The notes under the pieces were generated by a model. That model was not told where the DNA came from and made no database searches. It saw nothing but the letters and a program-made list of their open reading frames with translations. 64,000 nucleotides of DNA, taken from the NCBI GenBank assembly GCA_035499655.1, contig DATJYL010000112.1:2250-66249 (forward strand), read 5' to 3'. The DNA comes from Pirellulales bacterium (GTDB taxonomy: Bacteria > Planctomycetota > Planctomycetia > Pirellulales > JADZDJ01). The position numbers and the translations under genes are program-made. This document shows positions 1 to 9,592 of this stretch, in pieces (the first letter of the stretch is position 1; each line of letters begins with the position of its first letter).

Positions 1-161
1 GGCGAAGTTCGTTTGTCACAATCTGTGCTGTGTTGTCCAGTCGATCCACGAATTTAATGTGAATCCGAATTTTAGTGCAGGCTCGTTACCTGCACCTTTA
101 TCATCCCTGAACTGAGAATAAAAATGCAAAGCCCAATATTATGTGAACGCAGGCCGCGGAA

Positions 162-1571
162 TTAACGCGTTTGGGGGAGTGATATGGTAAACGTAACGCC
201 TTGACCCGGAGGAGCTTGCACATCAAGCTGCCCGCTGTGCAGCTTGACGATCCGCCAACATTTCGAGAGGCCGAAACCCAGCCCCCTCCCGGCTTCCCGC
301 CCGGAGAAAAAAGGGTCAAAGATTTTGCCGCGAATTTCGGGGGGAATCCCGGGACCATCGTCGCTGACCACAATCTGAACGGCGCCGGCGGGTTGCTCGA
401 TGGTTCCCTCCGCTGCATCGCTGCGGCAGATTTCGATGGTCACATTTCCCCCTTGATTTAACGCTTCCAGCGAATTGGTGCATACGGCCCGCAGCGCAAT
501 CCGCAGTTGCGCGGGGTCCGCTTCAACGTGCAAGGGTTCGATTCGGGTTGGCGCATGCAGCGCCGTCTGCTGGGCGGCAGCCTGTTCGGCCAGTCCAGTG
601 AGTACTTCGTGAACCAAGGCCGTTAAATCGACTCGCTCCCACACCGGTTGCGGAGGATTGGCAAACAGCATCATGTCGGCCAGCATTTCGTGAGCGCGGA
701 AAGCTTGCGTGTTGATGGCCGCCAATCGCCGCCGCCGCTCCGGATGCGTTTCTTCTTTGAGCAGCGTTTGCGCACGGCTGGCGATGTTTGCCAAGGGATT
801 GTTCAATTCGTGCCCCGCTCCATAGGCAAACTCCCTGAGCGATTCCATTTTCGCCGTTTGCAAACGCTGTTCGAAGTTCTGTTCCAAGTCGGCCAGACGG
901 CGCAGCTGCGCGGCGAAGAAGGGGAGGAGTGCATGAACTGCGGGAATTTCTGTCAGCCAGCGACGCCACGCTTCGTCTGCCTTAGCGCGAGCTTCCGGTG
1001 CAGTGGTATTGCCGGCGGCTGGAGTTTCCAATGGCCACGTGGGCCACGCAACAAGCGGTGCCGCTTCGCCCCCTTGTGCAGCCGCCAGCCAGTCCTGCCA
1101 CCGCGCAGTTAGCGCTGCCAGATAGAGGGGATTCGAAAGCGGTTCTTCACTGCCTGTAGAACGCAGAGCGTTTTGGGCTGCGGCGACTGATTCCGCCACC
1201 AGCGCTGCAAACTGCCCATGCTGGGCAGCGGAAACATCGATCGTGCTTGCGGCATCGTGCCAGTCCAGCAACAAGGGTAACCGCGGCGCCAACCAGGCGG
1301 CCAGCCCGGAAATAGATCGCGGGAAATCGGCCGGTAAAGGTTGTGCCGCTGGCCCCGCCCCGTCCCCCTGTTTTGCCGCACACCACACGCTCCAAATTGC
1401 AAACGCCGGATCGACCGCCAGTACGGCACACAAACGGCTCGCGCGGCACTCGTCGCTGATTTCCGTGAAGGCTTCCAGCATTGCCAAAGCGGATGCGTCG
1501 CACAACGCCAGCCGCCATGGTCGGCTGTCGTAAACGATCGCCGGTAGACTCAACAAAGTGCGAGAAGTCAT
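162..1571 (-). CDS. Cytoplasmic sensor histidine kinase (degenerate HDOD-like N-terminus, HisKA, HATPase_c)
   Basis: H-box FAYGAGHELNNPL, N-box AVCTNSLEA, G1 DDGPGIP, F-box FDPFFS, G2 GLGFGL; no obvious TM segment; N-terminal LAVDPAFAIW resembles the HDOD DP motif. Confidence 0.9.
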   Translation of the reverse strand: MTSRTLLSLPAIVYDSRPWRLALCDASALAMLEAFTEISDECRASRLCAVLAVDPAFAIWSVWCAAKQGDGAGPAAQPLPADFPRSISGLAAWLAPRLPLLLDWHDAASTIDVSAAQHGQFAALVAESVAAAQNALRSTGSEEPLSNPLYLAALTARWQDWLAAAQGGEAAPLVAWPTWPLETPAAGNTTAPEARAKADEAWRRWLTEIPAVHALLPFFAAQLRRLADLEQNFEQRLQTAKMESLREFAYGAGHELNNPLANIASRAQTLLKEETHPERRRRLAAINTQAFRAHEMLADMMLFANPPQPVWERVDLTALVHEVLTGLAEQAAAQQTALHAPTRIEPLHVEADPAQLRIALRAVCTNSLEALNQGGNVTIEICRSDAAEGTIEQPAGAVQIVVSDDGPGIPPEIRGKIFDPFFSGREAGRGLGFGLSKCWRIVKLHSGQLDVQAPPGQGVTFTISLPQTR

Positions 1572-1619
1572 GGCGATATTTCTTCAAGCGGGGAAAAATG
1601 TCACGCTCCAAAATAATAA

Positions 1620-1647
1620 AAGCCCACGGGTTGCAACCCGTGGGCTT
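1620..1647. repeat. Perfect 28-bp palindrome (REP-like / possible terminator) between the response regulator and the kinase
   Basis: aagcccacgggttg|caacccgtgggctt is self-complementary. Confidence 0.85.
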
Positions 1648-1690
1648 GGAGTTCGAAATGATATTCATCCGACAGGCGGCACGTGCAACT

Positions 1691-2272
1691 TCAACCCGTG
1701 GTCACCGATTCCACATCAAGCAGCGCGCCGATGCGGTCGACCAGCGTTTCCACCTCGAAGGGCTTATGCATAAAATCATTGGCGCCGGCGGCTTTCAAAT
1801 CTTCGATTTTGTCGTTTTCGATCATGCCCGAGATGCAGATGATTTTTACGTCGTCCATGGTTTTGTCGCTCCGCACGCGCTGGCAGACCTCGCGGCCGTT
1901 GATGTCGGGCAACATCACGTCCAGCACCAGCAAGTCGGGGCGATACTCCTTGACCATCATGCCGGCGTCGAACCCGTTATTCACGGAGCGCACTTCGAAG
2001 CGGCCGTCTTTTTCCAAAACGTCGACAATCAGGTCGACCAGTTCTTGATCGTCATCGACAACCAGGATTTTCCGCTTCCCGCTTTCCAAGGCATCGGTCG
2101 GAATGCCGTTGTCGCGCATAAAAGCGTACAACTCGGCCCTGGGAATACGACGAAAACGGCTGCCGGGAACTCGAAATCCCTTGAGTTGTCCGGAATCAAA
2201 ACAGCGAATAATCGTTTGTTGGCTGACCTTGCAAATTTTCGCAGCCTCGCCGGTCGTAAATACGGTTTTCAT
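1691..2272 (-). CDS. Response regulator with N-terminal excisionase-like (HTH_17) DNA-binding domain and C-terminal receiver domain
   Basis: MKTVFTTGEAAKICKVSQQTIIR (HTH_17-like); REC motifs ILVVDDD, LLVLDVML, FMHKPF; start trimmed to ATG at 2272. Confidence 0.9.
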   Translation of the reverse strand: MKTVFTTGEAAKICKVSQQTIIRCFDSGQLKGFRVPGSRFRRIPRAELYAFMRDNGIPTDALESGKRKILVVDDDQELVDLIVDVLEKDGRFEVRSVNNGFDAGMMVKEYRPDLLVLDVMLPDINGREVCQRVRSDKTMDDVKIICISGMIENDKIEDLKAAGANDFMHKPFEVETLVDRIGALLDVESVTTG

Positions 2273-2698
2273 CTGGCAAACTACCCTCTCGCTAGCCGCG
2301 GCGCAGCTAGTCTCAGCGGGACCCACGATTAGCATCTATTCCGCAAGAAGCCTCGGGGTACCTAGTCCTCCATGTTTCGCAAAGACGAGCGCCGCCACGT
2401 CAACGGCGTGCGGCCTCACCAGCAAAATTTCATCTCGTCCAACCCTGACGTTAGAATCCTATACTACCATGCCAGCACCAATTCACAGAGCAAGTAGAAT
2501 TTGCCCTGAGACAGCTCACTGGAAACCACACCGCCTGGCTTACCAATTTTGCCATCCATGCGAATTATAGCCATCTTGCGAATTGCGTCAAGATTGATCC
2601 AATCGCCGCAACCGCCGGACAACAAATAGCTTGCGCAAAGCATCGATTTGACCGCTGTCCCCTCTTTTTCAAGGCAGGCCAAAATGCTACGCGGCGCC

Positions 2699-4585
2699 TC
2701 ACCCTTCCAGATGCACCAGCAGAACTGCCACGTCTGCCGGGGTGATGCCACTAATCCGGCTCGCTTGCGCTAAACTCATGGGACGCACTCGGGCGAATTT
2801 CTCTCGGGCTTCGGTGCGCAGTTGAACCAGGCACGAGTAATCGAAGCTTGCGGGAATTCGCTTTTCTTGCAACCGCCGTAAACGCGATACTTCCAAATCC
2901 TGGCGCTCCACATAGCCGGCGTACTTTAGATCGTATTCGATGCTCCGCGCTACTTCATCTGGCACTTGGGCAAGCTCCGGGAGTTGGGCGACCAAATCCG
3001 CCCAACCGATTTCCGGACGTCGCAGCAGCTTGGCCAGCTGCGTTTCGCCCGACTTGGTGATTTGCAGTAATGCCAGCACGCGCGCCATTGCCGTTTGCTT
3101 ACGCTCGAACTGTTGCCAACGCACATCATTCACCAGACCAATCTGCCGTCCCAGCGGTGTCAGGCGGCGGTCGGCGTTGTCTTGCCGCAGCGATAGACGA
3201 AATTCCGCGCGACTGGTGAACATGCGGTAAGGCTCGTCCACGCCGCGCGTCACCAGGTCGTCGATCAGCACACCGATATAACCTTGTTCGCGGGCCAGCA
3301 CCAGCGGTTCTGCCGCGCGCAGCTTCAACACCGCGTTGATGCCGGCCATTAAACCTTGGGCCGCCGCTTCCTCGTAACCGGTGGTGCCGTTAATCTGCCC
3401 GGCGAAGTACAGCCCGCCGACAAGTTTGGTTTCCAGGCTGGGCCACAGTTGCACCGGCGGAGCATAATCGTACTCCACGGCATAGCCATAGCGCATGATT
3501 TCGGCCCGTTCCAATCCGGGAATGAGCGGCAGCATGGCGTCTTGCACGTCGCGGGGCAGGCTGGTGGAAACGCCGTTCACGTACACTTCCAACGTGGTGC
3601 GCCCCTCGGGTTCCAAGAACAATTGATGCCGCTCTTTGTCGGCGAAGCGCACGACTTTATCTTCGATCGATGGGCAATACCGCGGACCGCGCGATTGTAT
3701 TTGGCCCGAGTACATGGGCGCCCGGTGCAAGTTGGCGCGAATCAGATCATGCACCGCCTGGTTGGTGTACGTAATCCAGCACGGCATTTGCGGCTGCGAA
3801 ATTTTGTCAGTGAGAAAACTGAACGGTTGCGGATCGTCGTCGCCGGGTTGCAGCTCGCAACAGCTGTAATCGATGGTGCGGCCGTTCAGGCGGCAAGGCG
3901 TGCCGGTTTTGAAACGGGCCAGCTCGAAGCCCAACCGCACCAGCGCGCCGCTGATGCCAGACGTCGTTCCCTCGCCGGCGCGGCCGCCGGGAGTTTTCGT
4001 TTCGCCGGTGTGCATGATGGCTTGCAGAAACGTGCCTGTGGTAAGAACCACGGCGCGAGCGCGGTATTTGGCCCCGCCGCGCACACCTACGCCGCTGATG
4101 CGGCGAGGCCGGAATTCGGAATTCGGAAGCCGGCAGATTTCAGACTGCTTGTTTTCCATTCCACATTCCACATTCCGCATTTCCCACTCTTCCGTTAGCA
4201 GATCTTCCACCACTTCCTGCCGCAGCACCAGATTCGGCTGCGACTCGACAATCCGCTTCATCTCCTGCTGATAAGCTTTTTTGTCGGCTTGCGCCCGGGG
4301 GCTGTGCATGGCCGGGCCTTTGCGGCGGTTGAGCAAGCGGAACTGAATTCCCGTGGCGTCGATGGCCTGTCCCATTGCCCCGCCCAGCGCGTCGATTTCG
4401 CGCACAATTTGCCCCTTGGCTACGCCGCCGATGGCCGGGTTGCAGCTCATTTGCGCCACGGTGTCGCAGTTGGTGGTCAGCAGCGCTGTGCGGGCCCCCA
4501 TGCGCGCCGCCGCCAACGCCGCTTCGCACCCGGCATGGCCGGCGCCGATGACAAGCACGTCGAAATCGTATGGCGAGGAGGACAT
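2699..4585 (-). CDS. mnmG: tRNA uridine-5-carboxymethylaminomethyl(34) synthesis enzyme MnmG (GidA), carrying an in-frame repeat-derived insertion
   Basis: [62 protein letters not shown]; start taken at ATG 4585 (alternative GTG 4612). Confidence 0.97.
   Translation of the reverse strand: MSSSPYDFDVLVIGAGHAGCEAALAAARMGARTALLTTNCDTVAQMSCNPAIGGVAKGQIVREIDALGGAMGQAIDATGIQFRLLNRRKGPAMHSPRAQADKKAYQQEMKRIVESQPNLVLRQEVVEDLLTEEWEMRNVECGMENKQSEICRLPNSEFRPRRISGVGVRGGAKYRARAVVLTTGTFLQAIMHTGETKTPGGRAGEGTTSGISGALVRLGFELARFKTGTPCRLNGRTIDYSCCELQPGDDDPQPFSFLTDKISQPQMPCWITYTNQAVHDLIRANLHRAPMYSGQIQSRGPRYCPSIEDKVVRFADKERHQLFLEPEGRTTLEVYVNGVSTSLPRDVQDAMLPLIPGLERAEIMRYGYAVEYDYAPPVQLWPSLETKLVGGLYFAGQINGTTGYEEAAAQGLMAGINAVLKLRAAEPLVLAREQGYIGVLIDDLVTRGVDEPYRMFTSRAEFRLSLRQDNADRRLTPLGRQIGLVNDVRWQQFERKQTAMARVLALLQITKSGETQLAKLLRRPEIGWADLVAQLPELAQVPDEVARSIEYDLKYAGYVERQDLEVSRLRRLQEKRIPASFDYSCLVQLRTEAREKFARVRPMSLAQASRISGITPADVAVLLVHLEG
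4110..4188. repeat. Inverted heptamer-array pair inside the mnmG coding sequence
   Basis: ggaattc-ggaattc-ggaa (4111-4128) ... ttccaca-ttccaca-ttccgca-tttccc; encodes part of [26 protein letters not shown]. Confidence 0.8.
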
Positions 4586-4608
4586 AGAGAAATCGTTTAC
4601 ATTAAACG

Positions 4609-5139
4609 TCACTTCGCCAAATCGTCGACGCGGGGGTCGTCGGCGTCGTCGATGGCGGCGTGCAGGCGCACTTCGACGGCGCTCGTGGCATAAAGAGTTT
4701 TTTCGGCCTTAGCCAGCGCCAGCGGATCGTTGCCGTGGGCAATGACCAGGACGTGGCCTGATTTAATTTTTTTCTCGTACATTGGTATGTGATCTTTATG
4801 CACGCTCCATCCGCGAATGGCGCCGATCAATCCACCCACCACCACGCCGGTAAGCGCGCCCAGTGGGCCGGCGATAATAGCGCCCGTGCCGGCCAACGAG
4901 ATCACGGTAGCGCCGCCCAGTAAACCGATGACGCCGCCAATGCCGCCGCCAATCAGGGCGTCCTTATGGGCCTCGTCCCCCAGTTCCAAGGCGCGTTTGA
5001 CCGCGGCCGGTTCTTGGCTGAGCGTGGCGGTGACCAGCGAAATGTTGGTTTTGGGAAAACCGGAGGCGATGAGCTTCTCGATCGCCGTTTTCGCTTGATC
5101 GGCCTTTTCGTAAACGGCGACGACGCATTCTTCGGGCAT
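4609..5139 (-). CDS. General stress protein-like membrane protein (YflT/DUF1269-like, glycine zipper)
   Basis: [23 protein letters not shown]...ISLV, then [13 protein letters not shown]...GVVVGGLIG glycine zipper, [12 protein letters not shown]. Confidence 0.7.
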   Translation of the reverse strand: MPEECVVAVYEKADQAKTAIEKLIASGFPKTNISLVTATLSQEPAAVKRALELGDEAHKDALIGGGIGGVIGLLGGATVISLAGTGAIIAGPLGALTGVVVGGLIGAIRGWSVHKDHIPMYEKKIKSGHVLVIAHGNDPLALAKAEKTLYATSAVEVRLHAAIDDADDPRVDDLAK

Positions 5140-5148
5140 GGGAAACCT

Positions 5149-5190
5149 CAGTGGACAGTGATCGGTGGTCAGTGGTCAGTGCTGAGTGGC
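5149..5190. repeat. Six-unit degenerate heptamer array (CAGTGGT type), single arm
   Basis: cagtgga cagtgat cggtggt cagtggt cagtgct gagtggc; 9 bp upstream of the ATG at 5139 (minus strand). Confidence 0.85.
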
Positions 5191-5262
5191 TTGAACCAAA
5201 CCAATAGAAGCAGCAAACCTTATGTCGTGCGGCGAGTCACATCATAACGTCCGAAGCGGCAT

Positions 5263-6138
5263 TTATACCAGCCGCAGGCCGTGCGCGGTGATTTCGAACG
5301 GCACGGTTTGATCGCTGGCGGCGCTGCCCCGGTGTTTGGCAATATGCAACGCCCGGCGGATTTTGTCTCCGTCCCGCACTTTGCCCAGGTGAATGACGGT
5401 ATTGGCGTTGGCCAGAACATCCCCTTCATCCAGCGGCCGGCGAATGAGTTCGTCCAACATCGTTTCCGCCGAAGTGTACAACAGCAGGCAACCAATTTGC
5501 TCGTGATTGTAATGTGCCGCGGCTACCGCCGCTGCGAATTCACGGAACCGTTCCCGAAATAAATCGCGGGCCACCCAGTCGGCTTCTTTCCTCAGAATTT
5601 GGTGGTAAACGTAATCGAACAGATCGAGCTGGATGGAATCGCTGGGCCGCCCGACCGGTTCCACGCCGTCGATTACCGCCCGACGGACTCCGTGGATAAA
5701 GTTGCCGTAGAAAAAAGCAATAGCGGCGTTCAGCCGCGCGTTTAGTTCGGCCCGCCAGTCGTGCCAGGCTTCGAAGTCCAAATCGGCTCGTGTGACCCGC
5801 TTGCCCCGGCGATCGAAGACATGCAAATAATCGCCGAAATGACGAGCGGGATTGAAAAAATCGTCGAGCGCCGGCGGTGCGGCGGCGCTGGCCGGCTGCA
5901 GTTTCCAATCGAACATTCGCTGGGCGTATTCACCCTGGCTTTGCGAATCGCCCCGGGCGGTCAGGTCCAAAATAATACCCGCTCGGCCTTCCTGATTTCG
6001 TCCGGCATGGGCGAATTGCAACCCCAACTGCGTTTTGCCGATGCCGGTGGCCCCCACGACCACGGTGAGACGCCCGGGCAGCAACCCGCCGCCAAGCAAA
6101 TCGTCGAGGCCGGCAACTCCAGTAGAAAGACGGGACAT
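5263..6138 (-). CDS. Single-domain KaiC/RAD55-like RecA-superfamily ATPase
   Basis: RLSTGVAGLDDLLGGG, Walker A GATGIGKT, Walker B AVIDG, C-terminal RALHIAKHRGS. Confidence 0.88.
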   Translation of the reverse strand: MSRLSTGVAGLDDLLGGGLLPGRLTVVVGATGIGKTQLGLQFAHAGRNQEGRAGIILDLTARGDSQSQGEYAQRMFDWKLQPASAAAPPALDDFFNPARHFGDYLHVFDRRGKRVTRADLDFEAWHDWRAELNARLNAAIAFFYGNFIHGVRRAVIDGVEPVGRPSDSIQLDLFDYVYHQILRKEADWVARDLFRERFREFAAAVAAAHYNHEQIGCLLLYTSAETMLDELIRRPLDEGDVLANANTVIHLGKVRDGDKIRRALHIAKHRGSAASDQTVPFEITAHGLRLV

Positions 6139-6147
6139 AGGAGGGGA

Positions 6148-6217
6148 AATGACGAATGCCTAATGACGAATGACGAATGACGAATGACGAATGCGGAATG
6201 GGGAGTGTGGAATGTGA
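6148..6217. repeat. Ten-unit heptamer array grading from AATGACG to AATGCGG/AATGTGG types
   Basis: aatgacg aatgcct aatgacg aatgacg aatgacg aatgacg aatgcgg aatgggg agtgtgg aatgtga. Confidence 0.92.
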
Positions 6218-6239
6218 CAGAATATGCGTATCGGAATCG

Positions 6240-6254
6240 CGCTTGCGGTTTAGC
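6240..6254. repeat. REP-like motif CGCTTGCGGTTTAGC
   Basis: Exact reverse complement at 33919-33933; 14/15 match at 54822-54836; partial copy near 2762-2775. Confidence 0.65.
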
Positions 6255-6260
6255 ACGCTG

Positions 6261-8090
6261 TCAGGACGCATTACGCCGTCCCGGCGCGCCGGGATTCGCC
6301 GACAAATCTATCGTACCCGTTGGGCAGCGGAGATTGAACAGGCCGAAGATTTCCTGCTGCGTCAGGCCCAGGGCGTGGGGCCGGGCGGCATCGGAGAAAA
6401 TGGTGTCGAACAGTTCGCGCTTTTCGGCCAGCACTTGATCGATTCGTTCTTCGATGGTGTCGCGCGCTAAAAAGCGTGTGACGGTGACCGGCCCGGCCGA
6501 GCCGATGCGATGGGCGCGGTTGACGGCCTGATCTTCCACGGCCGGGTTCCACCAGCGATCGAACAGAAACACGTAACCGCAAAATTGTAAATTCAAACCT
6601 ACGCCGCCGGCGCCGTAGGTCATCAGCAGCACATGGTGGCGGCGATCGGCGCGAAACTGTTCCAAAATGGCATCTCGCTGCCGGGGCGAAATTTGCCCGT
6701 GATATTCCAACGGGTGCAAATGGGCCAGTTGGCCGCGAAGCCGCTGGGCGGCGCCGACCCATTGGCTGAAGACGATGGCTTTTTGCCCGCTGGCGGCGAC
6801 TTCGTCCAAATCGGCGGCCAGGCGTTCCAGCTTGGCGCTGACGCCGGTCGCCGGATCGAAATTGCAAATTTGCTTGAGCCGCAAAATCAACTCGAAGACG
6901 TGCTGGATGGTGACCGCGTCCCCCAGCTCGGTCAGCCGCAGCACGCCTTCGTCCTCGGCCAGCGTGTAGGTTTCGCGCTGCTCGGGCGAAAGATCGACAT
7001 CGGCGTCGCGGAACAATTTGGGGGGCAAATCGGCCAGAACTTGCGATTTGGTGCGTCGGATGATGTAATCGCCGGCGGCCCGGCCAAGGCTGCGCGGCTT
7101 CATATTCCCCGATAAATTGCCCGGCGCGACAAACTCAAAAATGCCCAGCAAATCGTCGGGCGAGTTTTCCACCGGCGTGCCGGTCAGGGCCCAACTGCGG
7201 CGGCGCGAAATCGAGCAGACGGCTTCGCTCGTGACGCCGCTGCGGTTTTTGATGCGCTGTGCTTCGTCCAGAATGACCAAATCGAACGGCTGCGAATGCC
7301 GGGCAACAATTTCCGCGTCGCGGCACAGCAATTCGTAATTAGCGATTTTCACGGGCGGCTCGGCCTGTTGCCATTGCCAAGCGCGGCGGGATTGATCGCC
7401 CTCGATCACCGCCACGGGAAGCTCCGGCGCCCATTGCGCCAGCTCGCGCTGCCAGTTCGTCACCAGCGGTTTGGGGCACACAATCAGCACGCTGCAAATT
7501 TCTCCGGCATGCAGCAGCATGCGCAGCGCCGTGATGGCCTGCATGGTTTTGCCCAGTCCCATTTCATCGGCCAGCACCGCGGACACACGGGGATATAAAA
7601 ACGCCACGCCCTGCATTTGATAGGGGAACGGATGATGCGGAAAATCGAGCCCCGCAGCGCCGGGACGCGCCAGCAATGTTTCCAGCGAAGGCTGCAGCAC
7701 GTACCGCAAGCGGTCGGAAAGTTTGATGACGTCGGCCGGCGGCAGGAGCCGAGTGGAAGTTGTGGCGCGTCTTGCCGAAGCGCTGGTCCAAGCGGCACGC
7801 CGGCTGATTACCCGAGGACTGAAAAGTTTCTTGTTTGATGCCCCGGTCGGCGGCGCCGGCAGACAAAAACTAAAACTCCGCACCGCCGGGCCGGTCGAAA
7901 CGATGGACGGTGATAACACACCCGGACGCGGCAGCGCCAACGGCGGTGAAAGCAGTTCCACTGCCCCCTTGGTAACCAGCGGCACGCCATGCACCGCGGG
8001 CGGTGTCACGCTCAAAGCGGAAAAACTGGTGACACGTAGAGCGCGACTTGCCTGGTGAACCGCAGGGCTGTTGGCAGCGGGATGATTCAT
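6261..8090 (-). CDS. SNF2-family (DEXD/H) helicase/ATPase
   Basis: LADEMGLGKT, VILDEAQRIKN, ALTGTPVEN, KAIVFSQW, GGVGLNL, DRWWNPAVEDQAVNRAHRIG; ATG 8090 overlaps the upstream stop (ATGA). Confidence 0.93.
   Translation of the reverse strand: MNHPAANSPAVHQASRALRVTSFSALSVTPPAVHGVPLVTKGAVELLSPPLALPRPGVLSPSIVSTGPAVRSFSFCLPAPPTGASNKKLFSPRVISRRAAWTSASARRATTSTRLLPPADVIKLSDRLRYVLQPSLETLLARPGAAGLDFPHHPFPYQMQGVAFLYPRVSAVLADEMGLGKTMQAITALRMLLHAGEICSVLIVCPKPLVTNWQRELAQWAPELPVAVIEGDQSRRAWQWQQAEPPVKIANYELLCRDAEIVARHSQPFDLVILDEAQRIKNRSGVTSEAVCSISRRRSWALTGTPVENSPDDLLGIFEFVAPGNLSGNMKPRSLGRAAGDYIIRRTKSQVLADLPPKLFRDADVDLSPEQRETYTLAEDEGVLRLTELGDAVTIQHVFELILRLKQICNFDPATGVSAKLERLAADLDEVAASGQKAIVFSQWVGAAQRLRGQLAHLHPLEYHGQISPRQRDAILEQFRADRRHHVLLMTYGAGGVGLNLQFCGYVFLFDRWWNPAVEDQAVNRAHRIGSAGPVTVTRFLARDTIEERIDQVLAEKRELFDTIFSDAARPHALGLTQQEIFGLFNLRCPTGTIDLSANPGAPGRRNAS
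6279..6300. repeat. Palindromic core TCCCGGCGCGCCGGGA(TTCG) inside the 3' end of the SNF2 gene
   Basis: 16-bp perfect palindrome 6279-6294; same core at 14397-14433 and 16013-16044. Confidence 0.8.
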
Positions 8091-8644
8091 GCGGCTTTGG
8101 CGCTGGCACGCTGGGCTTCGTCGATGGCCGCCCGAATGCGCTCGAACGGCTCGCACAGATCGAACAAATCTGCGAGCGTGGTTAACCGCTGCACAATGAG
8201 CGCCTGGTCGGCGGCAAATCGGGCGGCCACACGCAGGTGGTTTTGCCTTATAACGAATTCCGGGGTCTCGCCGGGAACCTCGATCGGGGCCTCGCCAGCG
8301 GCGGCCGAATTGGCAAGCGAAATGGTTGCGCAGACCAGCGCCGTGGGCACATCAATGTGCTGCCGGACCGCCAATGCGGCAACTTGCTCCACGAACAAAA
8401 CCGACGGCCGGCGCTGCGTGGCATTCAATAGGGTCGCGCCGATTTGCTCGCCGTATAGATACGGCTCCAGCGTAGGACCGTACAAAATTTGCTGGGCCCG
8501 ATTGGGCTTCACCGGGGCCGTGCAATGGAATTCCAGCGGCTGGCCGACGGCGTTGAGCAACAAATAACCGCCGAATAGGCCGTGTACTTCATGTTCCACA
8601 ATGCTCAAAAAGCCGAGGCAGCCTCTGGTGCGATCGTCGGGCAT
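8087..8644 (-). CDS. Conserved hypothetical protein, translationally coupled to the SNF2 helicase
   Basis: 185-aa ORF with protein-like motif GGYLLLNAVGQPLEFHCTAPVKPNRAQQILYG; stop overlaps the helicase start. Confidence 0.75.
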   Translation of the reverse strand: MPDDRTRGCLGFLSIVEHEVHGLFGGYLLLNAVGQPLEFHCTAPVKPNRAQQILYGPTLEPYLYGEQIGATLLNATQRRPSVLFVEQVAALAVRQHIDVPTALVCATISLANSAAAGEAPIEVPGETPEFVIRQNHLRVAARFAADQALIVQRLTTLADLFDLCEPFERIRAAIDEAQRASAKAA

Positions 8645-9055
8645 GGGCAGATATATTCCCCAATTTCTAAGATGTCGACGGTATTATGATGCTAGCACGG
8701 TTGTTCGGAGCTGCTGCTCTTGCTGGGATTCCGTGTGATCGATCCGAGGCCTCTCAACACCTTATTTATCGGCTCGCCCGAGTGGTCTTTGGGCAGCTAG
8801 ATTTCGCAGTCTCAGGCAAATAGCCGGGTCAAATGCGAAAAACGCTTTCAGAACAGCCTTGGCATCGCCGACACAAAGTTGATTAACCGGACGGTAAAGC
8901 GGGGCTGGCAGGATGGCCCCGGTGGGCCGCTTTCCCGACCGATGCAGCCGACACTTTCAGATTTCTCCGCCTCGCTTCGCCAAAGTAGTGGCATGCGCCG
9001 AGGTTTGTTGTTAAATTAAGGGTTTAACACTTTTCTGACACAGGGCTCCATTTCG

Positions 9056-9523
9056 ATGACGCAATCGACCCGCACCGCTGCACAGCTCTATACACAGCTC
9101 GATATCACCACGGCCTCCACTCCATCGCCAGCGCCGGTTACAGGCAACTCGCTGGAACAGAGCCAACTGTTGCACGATATTTTGTTGGCCTTGGATCGGC
9201 AAAACGAGTTGATGGAAGAATTGATTTCCCAGGTGGGCGCCGCGCAAAAACAGCGGGCCAGCGAACTTTCGCAATGGAAAGAGGCCAATCCGCGCTTAGC
9301 GCACAAATGCCGCATTGCGTCGGAAGCGCTAACCAAAGTGCAAACGGAGTTCCTGGCCACCTTAGCCGCTGAAGTGAACGAAAATCCCGAGGCCTTAATC
9401 GACGGCGAGTTTTTCTTGAACGAATTCATCGATCGTTACGGTCCTCGACTAGCACATCTAAACGGCGTGCTTCAGGTATTGGCGCAACTGGGCAGCGCAC
9501 CCAATCCGACCAACGCCCAATAA
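9056..9523 (+). CDS. Hypothetical alpha-helical protein
   Basis: 155-aa ORF, amphipathic Q/E/L-rich helices, first gene of a + strand run after a ~400-bp divergent intergenic region. Confidence 0.7.
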   Translation: MTQSTRTAAQLYTQLDITTASTPSPAPVTGNSLEQSQLLHDILLALDRQNELMEELISQVGAAQKQRASELSQWKEANPRLAHKCRIASEALTKVQTEFLATLAAEVNENPEALIDGEFFLNEFIDRYGPRLAHLNGVLQVLAQLGSAPNPTNAQ

Positions 9524-9592
9524 CGCGCCTAAACCATCATCCATACCGAGCCTCATCCGCGAGGAAGCGGAGGCGGCCACGGTCCCCTCGAT

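Noticed and set aside
5263-6138. Circadian kaiC
   Set aside because: Single RecA-like domain, no kaiA/kaiB nearby.
6139-6163. AGGAGG-ATG minigene (MTNA*) on the + strand at the start of the array
   Set aside because: Four codons, antisense to the kaiC-like leader, and explained by chance juxtaposition with the AATGACG unit.
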